The notes below the pieces were generated by a model. The model made no database searches. It saw only the letters and a list, made by a program, of their open reading frames with translations, and was not told the origin of the DNA. DNA of 63,640 nt, the filler included, from Licmophora abbreviata (taxonomy: Eukaryota), in the NCBI GenBank assembly GCA_900291995.1. It is 10 parts of 10 records of this genome, joined end to end, with 100 filler letters (N's around TTAATTAATTAA, not from the genome) between each part and the next. Parts side by side here need not be neighbours in the genome. Positions count along the whole stretch, not along the records: positions 1 to 9,111 come from OLMU01005231.1; positions 9,212 to 15,905 come from OLMU01005233.1; 8 more parts are not named here. One strand, 5' to 3'. Below are positions 1-10,377 of this stretch, one piece after another. How positions within the stretch are numbered: position 1 is the first letter of the stretch; each line of letters opens with the position of its first letter. Position numbers and translations under genes: made by a program.

Positions 1-50
1 CATTTTCGGCAGACTTTTCGCAGAGAGCTGCGAGAAGGAGTGGCTCGAGA

Positions 51-2552
51 GTGTTTCGGGCTTTCGAACGGCAGCCCTTCCTACGATGCGCTCTGGCGTC
101 TTCCACGCCGGTGACTTCCGATCTTTTCATGCGTTTCACCCCCAGCTCCGGAGGGAGTCATGTCTCGACGGACCGACTGTTCTCTACGGCTGTTAGATCC
201 GACCAACTTTCTACACAAGAAGAGTTCATCGAGTCATGGAAGACAGATGTGCAGCGCCTGCTTGACATACCAGTCGGCGCCATGAAACCTCGCGATTTGA
301 AAGCAACGAAATACGCGCTGCATTCCTGGGATCCGAAGCAGAAAGAGAACAATTTGGAACTCAGCTGGAGGCTTCTTGACCGATATGTCGAGGAAATGAG
401 AAAAGCAGACGATCTCGAGACGGCGTCGAAGCGAACAGAACTCTTGAATGCAGTAGTCCGTGCGTGGAGAATTCATCCTACCGCTGGGCCGCACCCAAGG
501 GACGCGCTGGAGAAGATTGATGCTTACGCTCCCATCTTGCTGGCGGATTCAATCACTCACGGTATGTGTATGCATGCGATTGTCAACAAAGTGGATCGAA
601 CGGAAGCCCCAGTTTTGGGCGAATCCATGCTGGACTTTCTGTTGAAGAAAGCACACGACGGCACTAGGAACGCGCCAGATATCGTAACTTTCAACACGGT
701 GATCAGCCTGTGGGCGAAAAGTGGGCTGCCTGGTGCTCATCGAAAGGCGGAAGCGGTTCTCGAAAAAGCATACGAACTGGCAAAGAGCTCCGGGAATTCT
801 AATCTGATGCCCGACACCATTGCGTTTACCACCGTGATCAATTCCTGGGCAAGGAGTCAAGATCGAAATGCGCCTGAGCGAGTGGAAGCAATTTTGGAAA
901 GAATGCTAGATCTTTACGAAGGTGGAATGGAACGCGTGATGCCAACCGTGAGGTCCTATAACACAGCCATTTACTGCTGGACCAAGTCTGGGCGAAACGA
1001 TGCGTCTGTGCGAGCTGAGAATCTAGTGGATCACATGCTGATGTTGGCAAAGACTACTGGGAACGATGAAGTGCGACCCGACGTTGTAACACTCAACAGC
1101 GTACTGGATTGCCTCGCCAAAAGCCGGGAAGCGTCGGCACCAGACCGAGCGGAGGCCATGTTATTGAGAATGAATGATGAAGGCGTCATGCCGAGCGTCG
1201 ACTCGTACAACACATTGCTCAATTGCTGGGCAAAATCTGGGCGAAAACAGGCCTCTGTGAAAGCGGAGAGTATTCTGAATCACATGATGAAGTTGGCAAC
1301 GACGACTGGTCATGATGACCTGCGACCCAATGTAATAACCTTCAACTGCGTGCTGGATTGCCTCGCCAATAGCCGGGAAGCTTCAGCACCAGAACGAGCG
1401 GAGACCTTGTTGCTGAAAATGACAGAACAAGGTATCATGCCCAACCTGACGTCGTACAGCTCCGTAATCAATTGCTGGGCCAAGTCTGGACGAGAAGGTG
1501 CCTTCGCGAGAACTGAGAAAATTCTGAATCGCGTAACGAAGCTCGCACAGACGAGAGGCAACGAACACTTGCAACCTGACGTAGTGACGTTCACTTGCAT
1601 GCTGAATTGTATAGCAAGAAGTGGGGTTCCAACAGCGCCAGAGCAAGCGGAGACCTTGTTTTTGAGAATGCAAGACAGTGGAGTGGTGCCCAATGTACGT
1701 TCGTACAACATACTCATGAACTGCTGGGCAAGGTCTGGCCGTGAAGATGCCTTTGTGAGAGCTGAGAAAATCATGAATCATATGTTTGAGCTTGCAAAGA
1801 CGCCTGGCAACAGTGGTGTGCAGCCTAACGTCATAACCTTGAACACCTTACTCCTGTGCATCTCCAAGAGTGAGGGATCTGCCGATCCAGAACGAGCGGA
1901 GGCCTTGTTATTGAAAATGACAGATGAAGGGGTGATGCCGAGTGTGGCGTCGTACAATATACTTTTGAACTGCTGGGCCAAGTCTTGTCGAGAGGGTGCC
2001 GCTGTGAGAACGGAGAATATTCTGAATCACATGCTGAAGCTAGCAAAGGCGGCTAGCAATGGAGACGTGCGACCAAACGTTGTTACCTTCTCTAGCGTGC
2101 TGGATTGCTTGACCAGAAGTGGGGAAGCTTCAGCGCCGGAACGAGCGGAGAAATTGTTACTAGTAAGAATGCCGACAGAAGGTGTCAATCCGAATATGAG
2201 TCACTTCACCAAGGTAATAAATTGCTGGGCAAGGTCTGGGCGAGGAGATGCAGCTGACCGGGCAGAGGCTATTCTACGGCACATGCAGAAGATTGGTCTG
2301 CGACCCGACACCATTCATTACACCGCTGCGATGAATGCTCTTTTAAAGACCAATCATCCACAGGCCGGAGAGCGAGCACTGGATCTGCTGAATGAGATGA
2401 AATCACTGAAGGACCCCAAGGTCGCACCAAACAGGGTAACGTACGAAACAGTGCAGAAAGCAATAGGGAGGAGTAGCATACCGGACAAGTCTGAGATTTC
2501 TCGACAGTTGAGTCGCGAAATGAGGGACTTATCTTGGAAAAGAATAAAGTAG
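51..2552 (+). CDS. Pentatricopeptide repeat (PPR) protein, probably organelle-targeted (first in-frame ATG at 129)
   Basis: About 14 PPR-type motifs (PDxVTFNxVLxCWAKSG...RAExIL); Arg/Ser-rich N-terminus; paralog of 30834-33167. Confidence 0.92.
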   Translation: MFRAFERQPFLRCALASSTPVTSDLFMRFTPSSGGSHVSTDRLFSTAVRSDQLSTQEEFIESWKTDVQRLLDIPVGAMKPRDLKATKYALHSWDPKQKENNLELSWRLLDRYVEEMRKADDLETASKRTELLNAVVRAWRIHPTAGPHPRDALEKIDAYAPILLADSITHGMCMHAIVNKVDRTEAPVLGESMLDFLLKKAHDGTRNAPDIVTFNTVISLWAKSGLPGAHRKAEAVLEKAYELAKSSGNSNLMPDTIAFTTVINSWARSQDRNAPERVEAILERMLDLYEGGMERVMPTVRSYNTAIYCWTKSGRNDASVRAENLVDHMLMLAKTTGNDEVRPDVVTLNSVLDCLAKSREASAPDRAEAMLLRMNDEGVMPSVDSYNTLLNCWAKSGRKQASVKAESILNHMMKLATTTGHDDLRPNVITFNCVLDCLANSREASAPERAETLLLKMTEQGIMPNLTSYSSVINCWAKSGREGAFARTEKILNRVTKLAQTRGNEHLQPDVVTFTCMLNCIARSGVPTAPEQAETLFLRMQDSGVVPNVRSYNILMNCWARSGREDAFVRAEKIMNHMFELAKTPGNSGVQPNVITLNTLLLCISKSEGSADPERAEALLLKMTDEGVMPSVASYNILLNCWAKSCREGAAVRTENILNHMLKLAKAASNGDVRPNVVTFSSVLDCLTRSGEASAPERAEKLLLVRMPTEGVNPNMSHFTKVINCWARSGRGDAADRAEAILRHMQKIGLRPDTIHYTAAMNALLKTNHPQAGERALDLLNEMKSLKDPKVAPNRVTYETVQKAIGRSSIPDKSEISRQLSREMRDLSWKRIK
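1141..2200 (+). repeat. 249-bp (83-aa, two-PPR-motif) tandem unit inside the PPR gene
   Basis: The anchor CAGA/GxxGAGCGG (P-E-R-A-E) recurs at 1141, 1390, 1639, 1888 and 2137, exactly 249 nt apart. Confidence 0.9.
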
Positions 2553-2692
2553 TACCTATGATATTACTCCTGGGGACGGGTTACCGAGCTACAGCTCCCT
2601 TCCCTCCTGGCCATCGAGTTCCTGGTTTGGCGAATGTCTCTCTATCGTATACAGTAGCTTGCTCGCGGAATCTAGTCTCTTGATTCCAAACT

Positions 2693-3280
2693 CTACCAAA
2701 ATATCTCAAGCTCAGGCTTGACTTCATACTCGATTCCCTCGAGAATTTCCTCCTTGACATAGTACAATAGTTCGCTCTCTTCTCCATGTGGATTGCCCGG
2801 GCCCATGCCACCGCCTACTTGTCGACTTCCATATCCAATAGACGCTTCCGGCAGGACTTGGATTACTCGCACGTCCGTCGTCGTGAGTCCAGGAAGTCGG
2901 TCTTCTTCGTCCACCAGGAGCTCGAGCATGTCGTCAAAGGCCGCCTCTGTAGTCCAGGCAGAGAGCGGCGCAAGTGTGCCGTCTTCTTGAATTGCGCCTA
3001 TGCGGCGTCGTTTCGAGTCGTCCCAAGAAGTTTCCGAGTAAAGAACTATGTCCATATCCATGAGCGAGTCAAAGTCGACTGACGAAGGTGTGGTAGGCGA
3101 TTCGTTCTCGTTTGGGTTCAGTCTGGTGCGTACGAGTATTCGAACGGCACTTCCACCGTAGCCGGCTCGTCCAAGGGAGACGTTTCGGCTCCAGGCTTCA
3201 GAATACACGTTTCGAAACGATAGTAGGAGACACCAAAATTTGAAAATCACCAGACTTCTCTTCAGGCATATTCGCGACAT
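2693..3280 (-). CDS. Hypothetical protein with signal peptide, possibly plastid-targeted
   Basis: 195-aa ORF; hydrophobic N-terminus ending SEA-W; globular acidic C-terminal half (GYGSRQVGGGMGPGNPHGEESE). Confidence 0.7.
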   Translation of the reverse strand: MSRICLKRSLVIFKFWCLLLSFRNVYSEAWSRNVSLGRAGYGGSAVRILVRTRLNPNENESPTTPSSVDFDSLMDMDIVLYSETSWDDSKRRRIGAIQEDGTLAPLSAWTTEAAFDDMLELLVDEEDRLPGLTTTDVRVIQVLPEASIGYGSRQVGGGMGPGNPHGEESELLYYVKEEILEGIEYEVKPELEIFW

Positions 3281-3626
3281 GACACGATCTCTTGCGTAGG
3301 ATGGTAAAAGGGCAGGACTCGCTCTACTAACGAGTGCATCGACATTGGGGCGCGCCTACGATGGATTCATCAGTCGCAAACTCACAACACAACTTGTGAC
3401 ATCATCGAGTTCGTCGAAACCTAACCGCTGGTCCGCGCACCCATCACCTTGCGAACTCTTTTGTGAGAGTGCGCGCGGTGTGGAGAAACAAGCGCGATGA
3501 GCTGGAAATGAGACGGCCGAGTTCTCAATTCGGAGGTTGACGATGATGACGTGTGTGAAATTGATGATCTTTTCGTTCGCCAGTTTTCTTGCTCTTACCC
3601 TACAGTAGCGACGCAGCCCAACGACC

Positions 3627-5369
3627 ATGAAGAAAAGTAGCAACGATGATGGAGAGCTCGGGCTCATGAGCTTCAAGAGGGTTTCCGTGAACCGCAACTG
3701 GGTGATTTACCCTGAGAACAAGATCATGCGCTATTGGGATGCCCTGATGCTCTGTTTGATTTTTGTCTATGCTTTCACTGTCCCCTACCAGCTTGGTGTA
3801 AGCGGAGGGCGTCACTTGCTTCAGAGCGTCGGATGGTTTGTGATTACCGTCTGCATGAATTCCTGCTTTTTTGTTGATACCTTCTTGCACTTCTTTCGGG
3901 CTTACCGTGACACCGAAGGTCGCATGGTGATTGATCCTCGCACAATCAGGAAAAACTACTTGTGGGGTCTCTTCCTCCCGAATCTCTTGTCAAACCTTCC
4001 CACTACCATCCTCTTCTACTGGTATGGCCACAAATACCTTCTCGACGAGAACGATGAACTTCTAGAAGAGTCCTATGTCGAAAATACTTCCTCGCTTCTG
4101 ATCCTTCTGAAGTCTTCTGATGTACTGAAACTCCTCCGGCTGGGGCGCGCGTCGAAACTTATGGCTACATCGGATTATGTCCGCGACTTTCGCGAGCAGC
4201 AAAAGGCCTACACCGTTCGAATGTGGGTCTTTGTCTTTCTCATTGTCATGGCTGCGCACTGGTTCGCCTGTACTTGGTCTCTTGTGGCCTTTATTCAAGC
4301 CGGGGGCTTTGGTCCGCTTCAGGCTGAATCGAACGGCAACTGGATTAAATTGTGGTATAACTCCAACTACGAAGAAGGTGGTTTGAATCCTATCGGATGG
4401 GATAACGATACAGATCGGTACGTTCTTTCCCTCTTCTGGGCCATTCAGACGATTACGAGTATCGGCTATGGAAACATTGCCCCGTTTAGTCCGGTAGAAT
4501 GGTGGGTTGCATCTGTACTTCAGCTTCTTGCGGGATTTCTATGGGCTTACATCATTGGTGGTCTCGTTGGAGTGGTAACGGCGATGGAGGTAAAGAAAGA
4601 GCTTTTCCGAGCACGAATCGACAATGCCAATGAGCTCGTGTCCATATTCCTGCCGGAAGAGAAGGCTCGTGGCAAAGCCCGCCGTCGAGCAGATCCAGAC
4701 TATGCGAAGAAGGAAATTGTGGCAAAGCGTATCCGAAGATACATTTATACGCAGAATGAGCGGCCCAGGAGCAACTTCCGCTGCATCAGCAGTCTTGACG
4801 AGGCTTTCCCGGTGCTGAACTCTCTTTCGCCTGAACTGCGTCGCGCTTCATGCTTGATCATCTTACAAACGTTTTTGGAGAGAGTGCCGTATCTTTCATC
4901 TCGCTTCCTCAGCAGCGCCGAGCAGTCGCTCGTTGCAGAGCGGTGCTTCATTCTGGAATTGCCCGCCGGAGAATGTTTCAATATGGCAGACGGTATTGAT
5001 GGTTGTGGGAGAGGCATACTCGTGCAGCGCAGCGGTTTGGCCGTGCGGACGAGCAGTATCGTCAGATTGATGCCCATCTTGTCCGGGGGTGTCTTTGGGG
5101 ATGGCGAAGTCCTGCTGGAGGACGACCACCCTGGGACAGAAGGGGTCCTGCACGTGCTTTCGTTTTCCACCATGATGTTAATTCCACGCGAGGCCGTTCT
5201 CAGTGCGCTTGCTCGGAATTCTTCAGCCCGGAAGTGCTCTCGATGGAAGTACTTTGGTGCATGCATTGCCGAGAAAGCTGCTGCTCAGAGACGCGAAGAA
5301 AATGAAAAGGGTATCGCCGACGGCAGAATCGGTAGTCTTAGAAAGTTGAATGCGTATCCTAAATGCTGA
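3627..5369 (+). CDS. Voltage-gated/cyclic-nucleotide-regulated-type K+ channel (6TM, KCNH/CNG-like)
   Basis: Pore motif SLFWAIQTITSIGYGNI; S4-like LKLLRLGRASKL; S1-S6 hydrophobic segments; degenerate cNMP-binding-like C-terminus. Confidence 0.88.
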   Translation: MKKSSNDDGELGLMSFKRVSVNRNWVIYPENKIMRYWDALMLCLIFVYAFTVPYQLGVSGGRHLLQSVGWFVITVCMNSCFFVDTFLHFFRAYRDTEGRMVIDPRTIRKNYLWGLFLPNLLSNLPTTILFYWYGHKYLLDENDELLEESYVENTSSLLILLKSSDVLKLLRLGRASKLMATSDYVRDFREQQKAYTVRMWVFVFLIVMAAHWFACTWSLVAFIQAGGFGPLQAESNGNWIKLWYNSNYEEGGLNPIGWDNDTDRYVLSLFWAIQTITSIGYGNIAPFSPVEWWVASVLQLLAGFLWAYIIGGLVGVVTAMEVKKELFRARIDNANELVSIFLPEEKARGKARRRADPDYAKKEIVAKRIRRYIYTQNERPRSNFRCISSLDEAFPVLNSLSPELRRASCLIILQTFLERVPYLSSRFLSSAEQSLVAERCFILELPAGECFNMADGIDGCGRGILVQRSGLAVRTSSIVRLMPILSGGVFGDGEVLLEDDHPGTEGVLHVLSFSTMMLIPREAVLSALARNSSARKCSRWKYFGACIAEKAAAQRREENEKGIADGRIGSLRKLNAYPKC

Positions 5370-5486
5370 TCATTCCTACCATAGTACAGAATGGCTTTGT
5401 TGACTATCACGGATTATTAATAATGTGTCACTGCTGGCTTGAAGAGCCCTGTTCTCCTGTTTCCAGCTCGTGTTTGATTGGATATT

Positions 5487-6258
5487 TTACAACGACCCAC
5501 GATCACCACCAGATTTCTGCCCACCTGATGAAGTTCTGGAAGCCCTGTTGGAGACCTTCGCTCCCCCCTGTCCCGTCGTATCAGCGGCATCGCCTGGTAT
5601 CGGATCCACGGGGGTGCCGACCGCGGGCTCCTCCTCTTGGGCTGCCACGGCTGGTTCCTCCTCCTCGGTACCCAGATCCTTTGTGTCGGGCTCTGGTTCG
5701 ACAGCAATCTCGACACTGCCGTCTTCTCCGGCTTCATCCACTAGGTCCTCAATGGGATTGGGAGCCCAACTCACAGGGGGAGCCTCCGAAACCTCCCCTT
5801 CCACTTCCTCAGGCACTGGATCGGTCGGCGTTTCAATCGATCTTGCTGAAGCTTCCAGTTCTTCTGCTTCTTGCTCGGCTAGCATCTCAGCAACATATAG
5901 CTCCTCCTCTTGGTCACTTGGGTCGATATCAGCGGTAAGATAGATGCGGCCACTCTGATTGCGATCTTTCTCTTCTCCACGTGTACCCAAGACACGACTC
6001 AGTAGCCCTTGTAAAGAGGAGGATCCTCTTGAGAGAATGGATCCCGCTCTTGTCTACGAGTAGAGACGAGCAACAAGCGGAGTGGTGTACGAAAAATGAT
6101 GAGCTTTGTGACGGCGGACTCGACTCGATTCACGCCTGAAAGCTCTTGTCGAATAGACTTACCACGGTCTTGGCTTTTCGTTTTCGAAGCAGCGAGCGAC
6201 GCGGGTCGGCTTGAGCGGCTGCAACGACTACAACGACGACTACAAGAGGGAATTTCAT
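5487..6258 (-). CDS. Secreted acidic protein 1 (exons 6258-6163 and 6053-5487)
   Basis: ATG at 6258 gives MKFPLVVVVVVVAAAQADPRRSLLRKRK; a GTAAGT...TAG intron (6162-6054) splices in frame to the Glu/Asp/Pro-rich ORF 5487-5990. Confidence 0.8.
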
Positions 6259-6765
6259 CGTTCTTTCGCAACTTGTTAGGTCTACTATTTACTAGTACCG
6301 CTCTCTCGGTGCAGGATGTGTTTGAAGGAGAGGAACAAAAGGCGCGCGAGTCCAAGATCAAAAGCGTCTTGGTCTGGTCATTATGACTGTTGCCTATCTA
6401 TTTATCTAAATGACATTTACACACTTAAGCCCGTATCCTGTAGAAAATGTCTTCAGGGCGTCATCTCGCCGTCCGCGCGCCAGCCCGTGGCTGTTTGAAG
6501 ATCGATCACTCGAGCTTCTAACCGTTTTTGACAAACTCGAATCATCCTACTAACTCAAAGCAATAGATGAGATAACCTGTGTCATGGCTCCACTACGTGC
6601 TAAAGCCCGGCGCAAGTAGATGCACTGTACGATATGCGGGCAAGCTCATTCTGTTCATGGTCTAGAGAGCCGAAACTTAGCTACTACTCCGAGTATGTCT
6701 GTAAGAGAGAGGCTACCCAACTACTGTTGCATACCTGGAGGCGATTGCGTTCGTATCTAGTGATT

Positions 6766-7656
6766 TTATAAGTTGCCTCGGCCCTGGCCCCCTGTACCGC
6801 CACGGCCCTCCTTGTGCTCTCGGTCTCCCTCCCGGTTATACACTCTTTTCATGAGGTCGTCTGTCGACGAGAGGGAAACTTTTTCGTCTTTCGCAGTCTC
6901 TTCCGTACCGGTATCCTCATTCCTTTCACCTTCAGCTCTACCACCATGGATCGCCTCGGTCTTCTTGAGCTGCTTTTCAGATCTCCATGAATCGGATTTG
7001 CTCTCGGTTTTCTTGTCTTCATCCTCTTCTTTCTCTTGAAAGTCTTGGGGGACCTCTTCAGGGTCGACCTCGACAGTAGTCTCGTCGGTACCCGCTTCTG
7101 AAAATTCCCCGAGTACTACCTCTTCTTCTTCTTGAATATAATCGGGAGAATCCCGAGGGTCGATTTCGACGGCCGCAGGAGCGGGGTCGATTTCGACTGT
7201 CAAAGCTTCTTCTCCCTCTTCTTCAACTTCACCCTTATCTTCTACCCCTTCCCAGTCAATAAGGTCGATCTCTTCTTTAATATCCTCAAGATCTTCTTCT
7301 TCGGCGCTGAGTAAAGCATCAAGTTGGCCAAGTTCTTCCTGCTCGCCTTCTTTTTTGGGTTCTGGATCTACCTCAATAGTCAAATGTGACATGTCAAACT
7401 CTATTACGTCTGCGTCTTCCTGCTTGATCTCTTCAATTTCTTCTTCCATCTCCGCAAACTGTTCCTGGACGAGTTTCATGAGGTCGTCAAAAGGGTCGGC
7501 TGGAGGGGCCACGTAGAGTGGTTGATCCTCGTCTTCCATGAGAGCTGCACGACGCCGTACTTTTGCATCAATGCCTTGTCGCAGATAGGCAGCTTCCGTT
7601 GCAATCAAGAGGTTTGAGGCCAATAGCGAGAGAGTAGCAAGACATTGGCGGTTCAT
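6766..7656 (-). CDS. Secreted acidic protein 2
   Basis: ATG at 7656: MNRQCLATLSLLASNLLIATEA-AYLRQG; Glu/Asp-rich body with repeated T[IV]E[VI]DP motifs. Confidence 0.82.
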   Translation of the reverse strand: MNRQCLATLSLLASNLLIATEAAYLRQGIDAKVRRRAALMEDEDQPLYVAPPADPFDDLMKLVQEQFAEMEEEIEEIKQEDADVIEFDMSHLTIEVDPEPKKEGEQEELGQLDALLSAEEEDLEDIKEEIDLIDWEGVEDKGEVEEEGEEALTVEIDPAPAAVEIDPRDSPDYIQEEEEVVLGEFSEAGTDETTVEVDPEEVPQDFQEKEEDEDKKTESKSDSWRSEKQLKKTEAIHGGRAEGERNEDTGTEETAKDEKVSLSSTDDLMKRVYNREGDREHKEGRGGTGGQGRGNL

Positions 7657-8141
7657 TGTGATCAACAGCAAAAGTACAGTATAATATATGCAAGGTGCAA
7701 GGTGTGCAGGTATAGTCACCAAGGGTTTCTTTGTGATTTGCAAGGCTTTGGTTTTGTGTGTATGAGATGCGACACGAACATTTTGACTTACGCCCCCCAA
7801 AAACCCGAAGCCAGCACGATCACGTCAAAATTGATCCTGAAATTGCCCTCGTCCTTAGGCCTTTCACGATTGAGATGTCCCCAAGGTCATCGGCACCTTT
7901 TGGACGGCGGTGCACAGGTATAGGTATAATCATAAACACGGAGTATGACTTAGGTATATTACCAAAAAGCAGCGCGCCTTAGCGCGTTCGTTTGTATTTG
8001 CCTGGCCTCGGAACCTACTGCAATTTTTAAACAAGCTTTACGATAACCAATACACTGTAGATTCTTGTCTTTAGGTACGATCATTGCGTGAGCGCGACTA
8101 GAGTTCAGGGTTCAGGGTGCATTTGCATGGTGATCAGTTGC

Positions 8142-9005
8142 TTAGCCTTGACGACCCAACTTTCTTCCGTCGCCCCTGGCTCGGGCTGTCTCAATCAGGT
8201 CTGCAACCGACGCCAATACTTCCTCTTCCTCTTCAAGAATTGTGAGCTCTTCGTCGCTACTAGACGCGGCACTTTCCTCGCTCTCTGTGCTATCTTCTGC
8301 TTCGGTACTTTCAGGGTCCTCTGCTTCGTCCGTATCGTCGATTTTACTCAAAAGCTCTTCAATTTGAGCATCCTCCTCCTTCATAGTCAGTTTCAGTTCG
8401 TCCAGGATATCGCTCCCCATGCTTTCGAGTTTGTCTTCAAGGTCTATTTCTTCGGCCGAAGACGAGGTATCTGTCCCGTCGACATCCTCACCGTCTTCAA
8501 GGTCTTCTTCCTCCTCTTCCTCTTTCGATTCTTCGTCGGAATCAAAGGAAGAGTCCTCCTCAGTATCGGTTTCGTCTGTTTCTTCTGAGTCACTTACGTC
8601 GCTGCTGCTCGGGACCTGGATATTGTCTATTTCATTGGAGATTTCTTCAAAAATCTCCTCCGCTTTTTCGTCGAAGGTTTCAGAAGAATCAGAACTGGAA
8701 ATGTCTTCGCTGCTGTCCTCAGACGAAGATGTATCTGTGTCACTACTGTCTTCTTCGGAACTTTCATCCAGTTCCTCTAATTCTTCCACTTCCTCCCCGA
8801 CTTGACCGATCGCCTCGTCGAGGTCTTTTAGCCTGTCCTCGATCGTGCTCATGAGATCGGTCAAGGAAGGATCGTCCGTTCCCAAGACACGATGACTGAC
8901 AGCTGCTGCCTTGTCTCCATGTCGGAGATAGCCAGCATCTACCGTATCGGCCGAAGCTGCAACTACTAAAAGCGTGAGAGCAGCCGCGGCGAGAGACAGA
9001 TTCAT
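8142..9005 (-). CDS. Secreted acidic Ser/Asp/Glu-rich protein 3 (silacidin-like composition)
   Basis: ATG at 9005: MNLSLAAAALTLLVVAASA; GYLRHG; RVL and RKL motifs; SSEEDSSDTDTSSSEDSSED tracts. Confidence 0.85.
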   Translation of the reverse strand: MNLSLAAAALTLLVVAASADTVDAGYLRHGDKAAAVSHRVLGTDDPSLTDLMSTIEDRLKDLDEAIGQVGEEVEELEELDESSEEDSSDTDTSSSEDSSEDISSSDSSETFDEKAEEIFEEISNEIDNIQVPSSSDVSDSEETDETDTEEDSSFDSDEESKEEEEEEDLEDGEDVDGTDTSSSAEEIDLEDKLESMGSDILDELKLTMKEEDAQIEELLSKIDDTDEAEDPESTEAEDSTESEESAASSSDEELTILEEEEEVLASVADLIETARARGDGRKLGRQG

Positions 9006-9111
9006 GGTCGTGGTTGCTGTTGAAGGTACTTTGTGAGCTTCGGGTTCTATCACGCCCAAAGGCTGGTGGGACGTGAGTGTTATGCCACTGACATTTGCAA
9101 CGGTATAAATC

Positions 9112-9211
9112 NNNNNNNNNNNNNNNNNNNNNNNNNNNNNNNNNNNNNNNNNNNNTTAATTAATTAANNNNNNNNNNNNNNNNNNNNNNNNNNNNNNNNN
9201 NNNNNNNNNNN
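9112..9211. other. Artificial contig spacer N44-TTAATTAATTAA-N44. Identical spacers at 15906-16005, 24022-24121, 30233-30332, 40136-40235, 50532-50631, 53039-53138, 56025-56124 and 61716-61815
   Basis: Nine identical 100-nt blocks, each with a six-frame stop linker. Confidence 0.98.
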
Positions 9212-9213
9212 AC

Positions 9214-10193
9214 CTCTACAGCGGCAGCAGCCAGCACGAATCTGGCTCTCCTCCCACGGAACTGCCGCCTCTCAGCGCAACGACGATACCTTGTCAAGAT
9301 TGGTTGGAAGACATTGGACTGCCGCTGAACTTTGCAAAGCCCAATGCCCCGGCACAAGCGACTGTTCTAGGTCGCACCCGTCTGATTGACTCTACGGCCG
9401 ACGGCGACATTCAGCACATTGTACTGAAGCTTCCGGACGGCATGCACTATGTAGAAGGACAGTCGCTGAGTGTCATCGCACCTGGAACCGACCCAGTGTC
9501 GAGCAAGCCCAACAAACCTCGGTTGTATTCGATCGCGAGTACCCGCTACGGCGACTTGTTGGACGGCACTACAATATCCTTGTGTGTGCGACTGGCGGAA
9601 TTTGCCGACAAGGATACAGGAGAGTACAAGCAGGGAGTCTGCAGCTCATTTCTGTGTAATACACAGCCTGGTGATGTGGTTTCCGTGGCGGGCCCCGTGG
9701 GAAAGACCATGGTACTGCCGAATGATTCCAGCAAGGACATCATCATGGTGGCGACGGGGACGGGCATTGCGCCCTTTCGTGGTTTCTTGCATCGACTCTT
9801 TGCCGAAGAGACGGTGGCCCGGCATATGTTTACCGGTCATGCTTGGCTCATCCTGGGTGTTCCTACTAGCGGCAACTTGTGTATCATCCAGAACTGCAAG
9901 CCATGCAACAGAATGCTCGTCCGAATCAATTGACGATCGACTATGCCATTAGTCGGGAAATGACAAACACACAAGGCGGAAAGCTGTACGTTCAGCACGT
10001 GCTGCAGGAGCAGGCGGATGTCTTGTGGGATAAGATGAGTGGAGGTGCCGTCATGTACTTTTGTGGATTAAAGGGCATGATGCCGGGGATTCTCGAAGCG
10101 TTGGAACAAGTTGCCATGCAAAAAGGAGTCGACTGGAGCTCGACTTTGAAGCAGTGGCAAGCGAATGGGCAGTGGCACGTCGAAGTGTATTAG
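9214..10193 (+). CDS. petH: Ferredoxin-NADP+ reductase, plastid type; 5' end lost in gap; 1-nt frameshift near 9880
   Basis: RLYSIAS, GVCSSFLC, MVATGTGIAPFRGF, YFCGLKGM and C-terminal WHVEVY; the two ORFs join as GNL[L]YHPEL. Confidence 0.93.
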
Positions 10194-10377
10194 GAGATTG
10201 ATCAGAGAGAGAGTTGTGGAAGGATTTGACGATGAGAAGATCGTTCAGTAGAGGGGCGTGTCGGTACCTGGTACTATGGCGGGCTCGACTTCTAGCGATT
10301 GTCTCGTCACAGCTAGTTAGAACATAGACTAGTATTGTAAGATCCAAGATCTACAGAGTTGCTATAACTCTAGCAAA

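Noticed and set aside
9156..9167. Repeated TTAATTAATTAA palindrome as a biological repeat or insertion target
   Set aside because: Always centred in identical N44 flanks; it is an artificial six-frame stop linker
9214..10193. FNR as a pseudogene
   Set aside because: All catalytic motifs are intact with a single 1-nt lesion, the same pattern as five other genes; assembly error is more parsimonious
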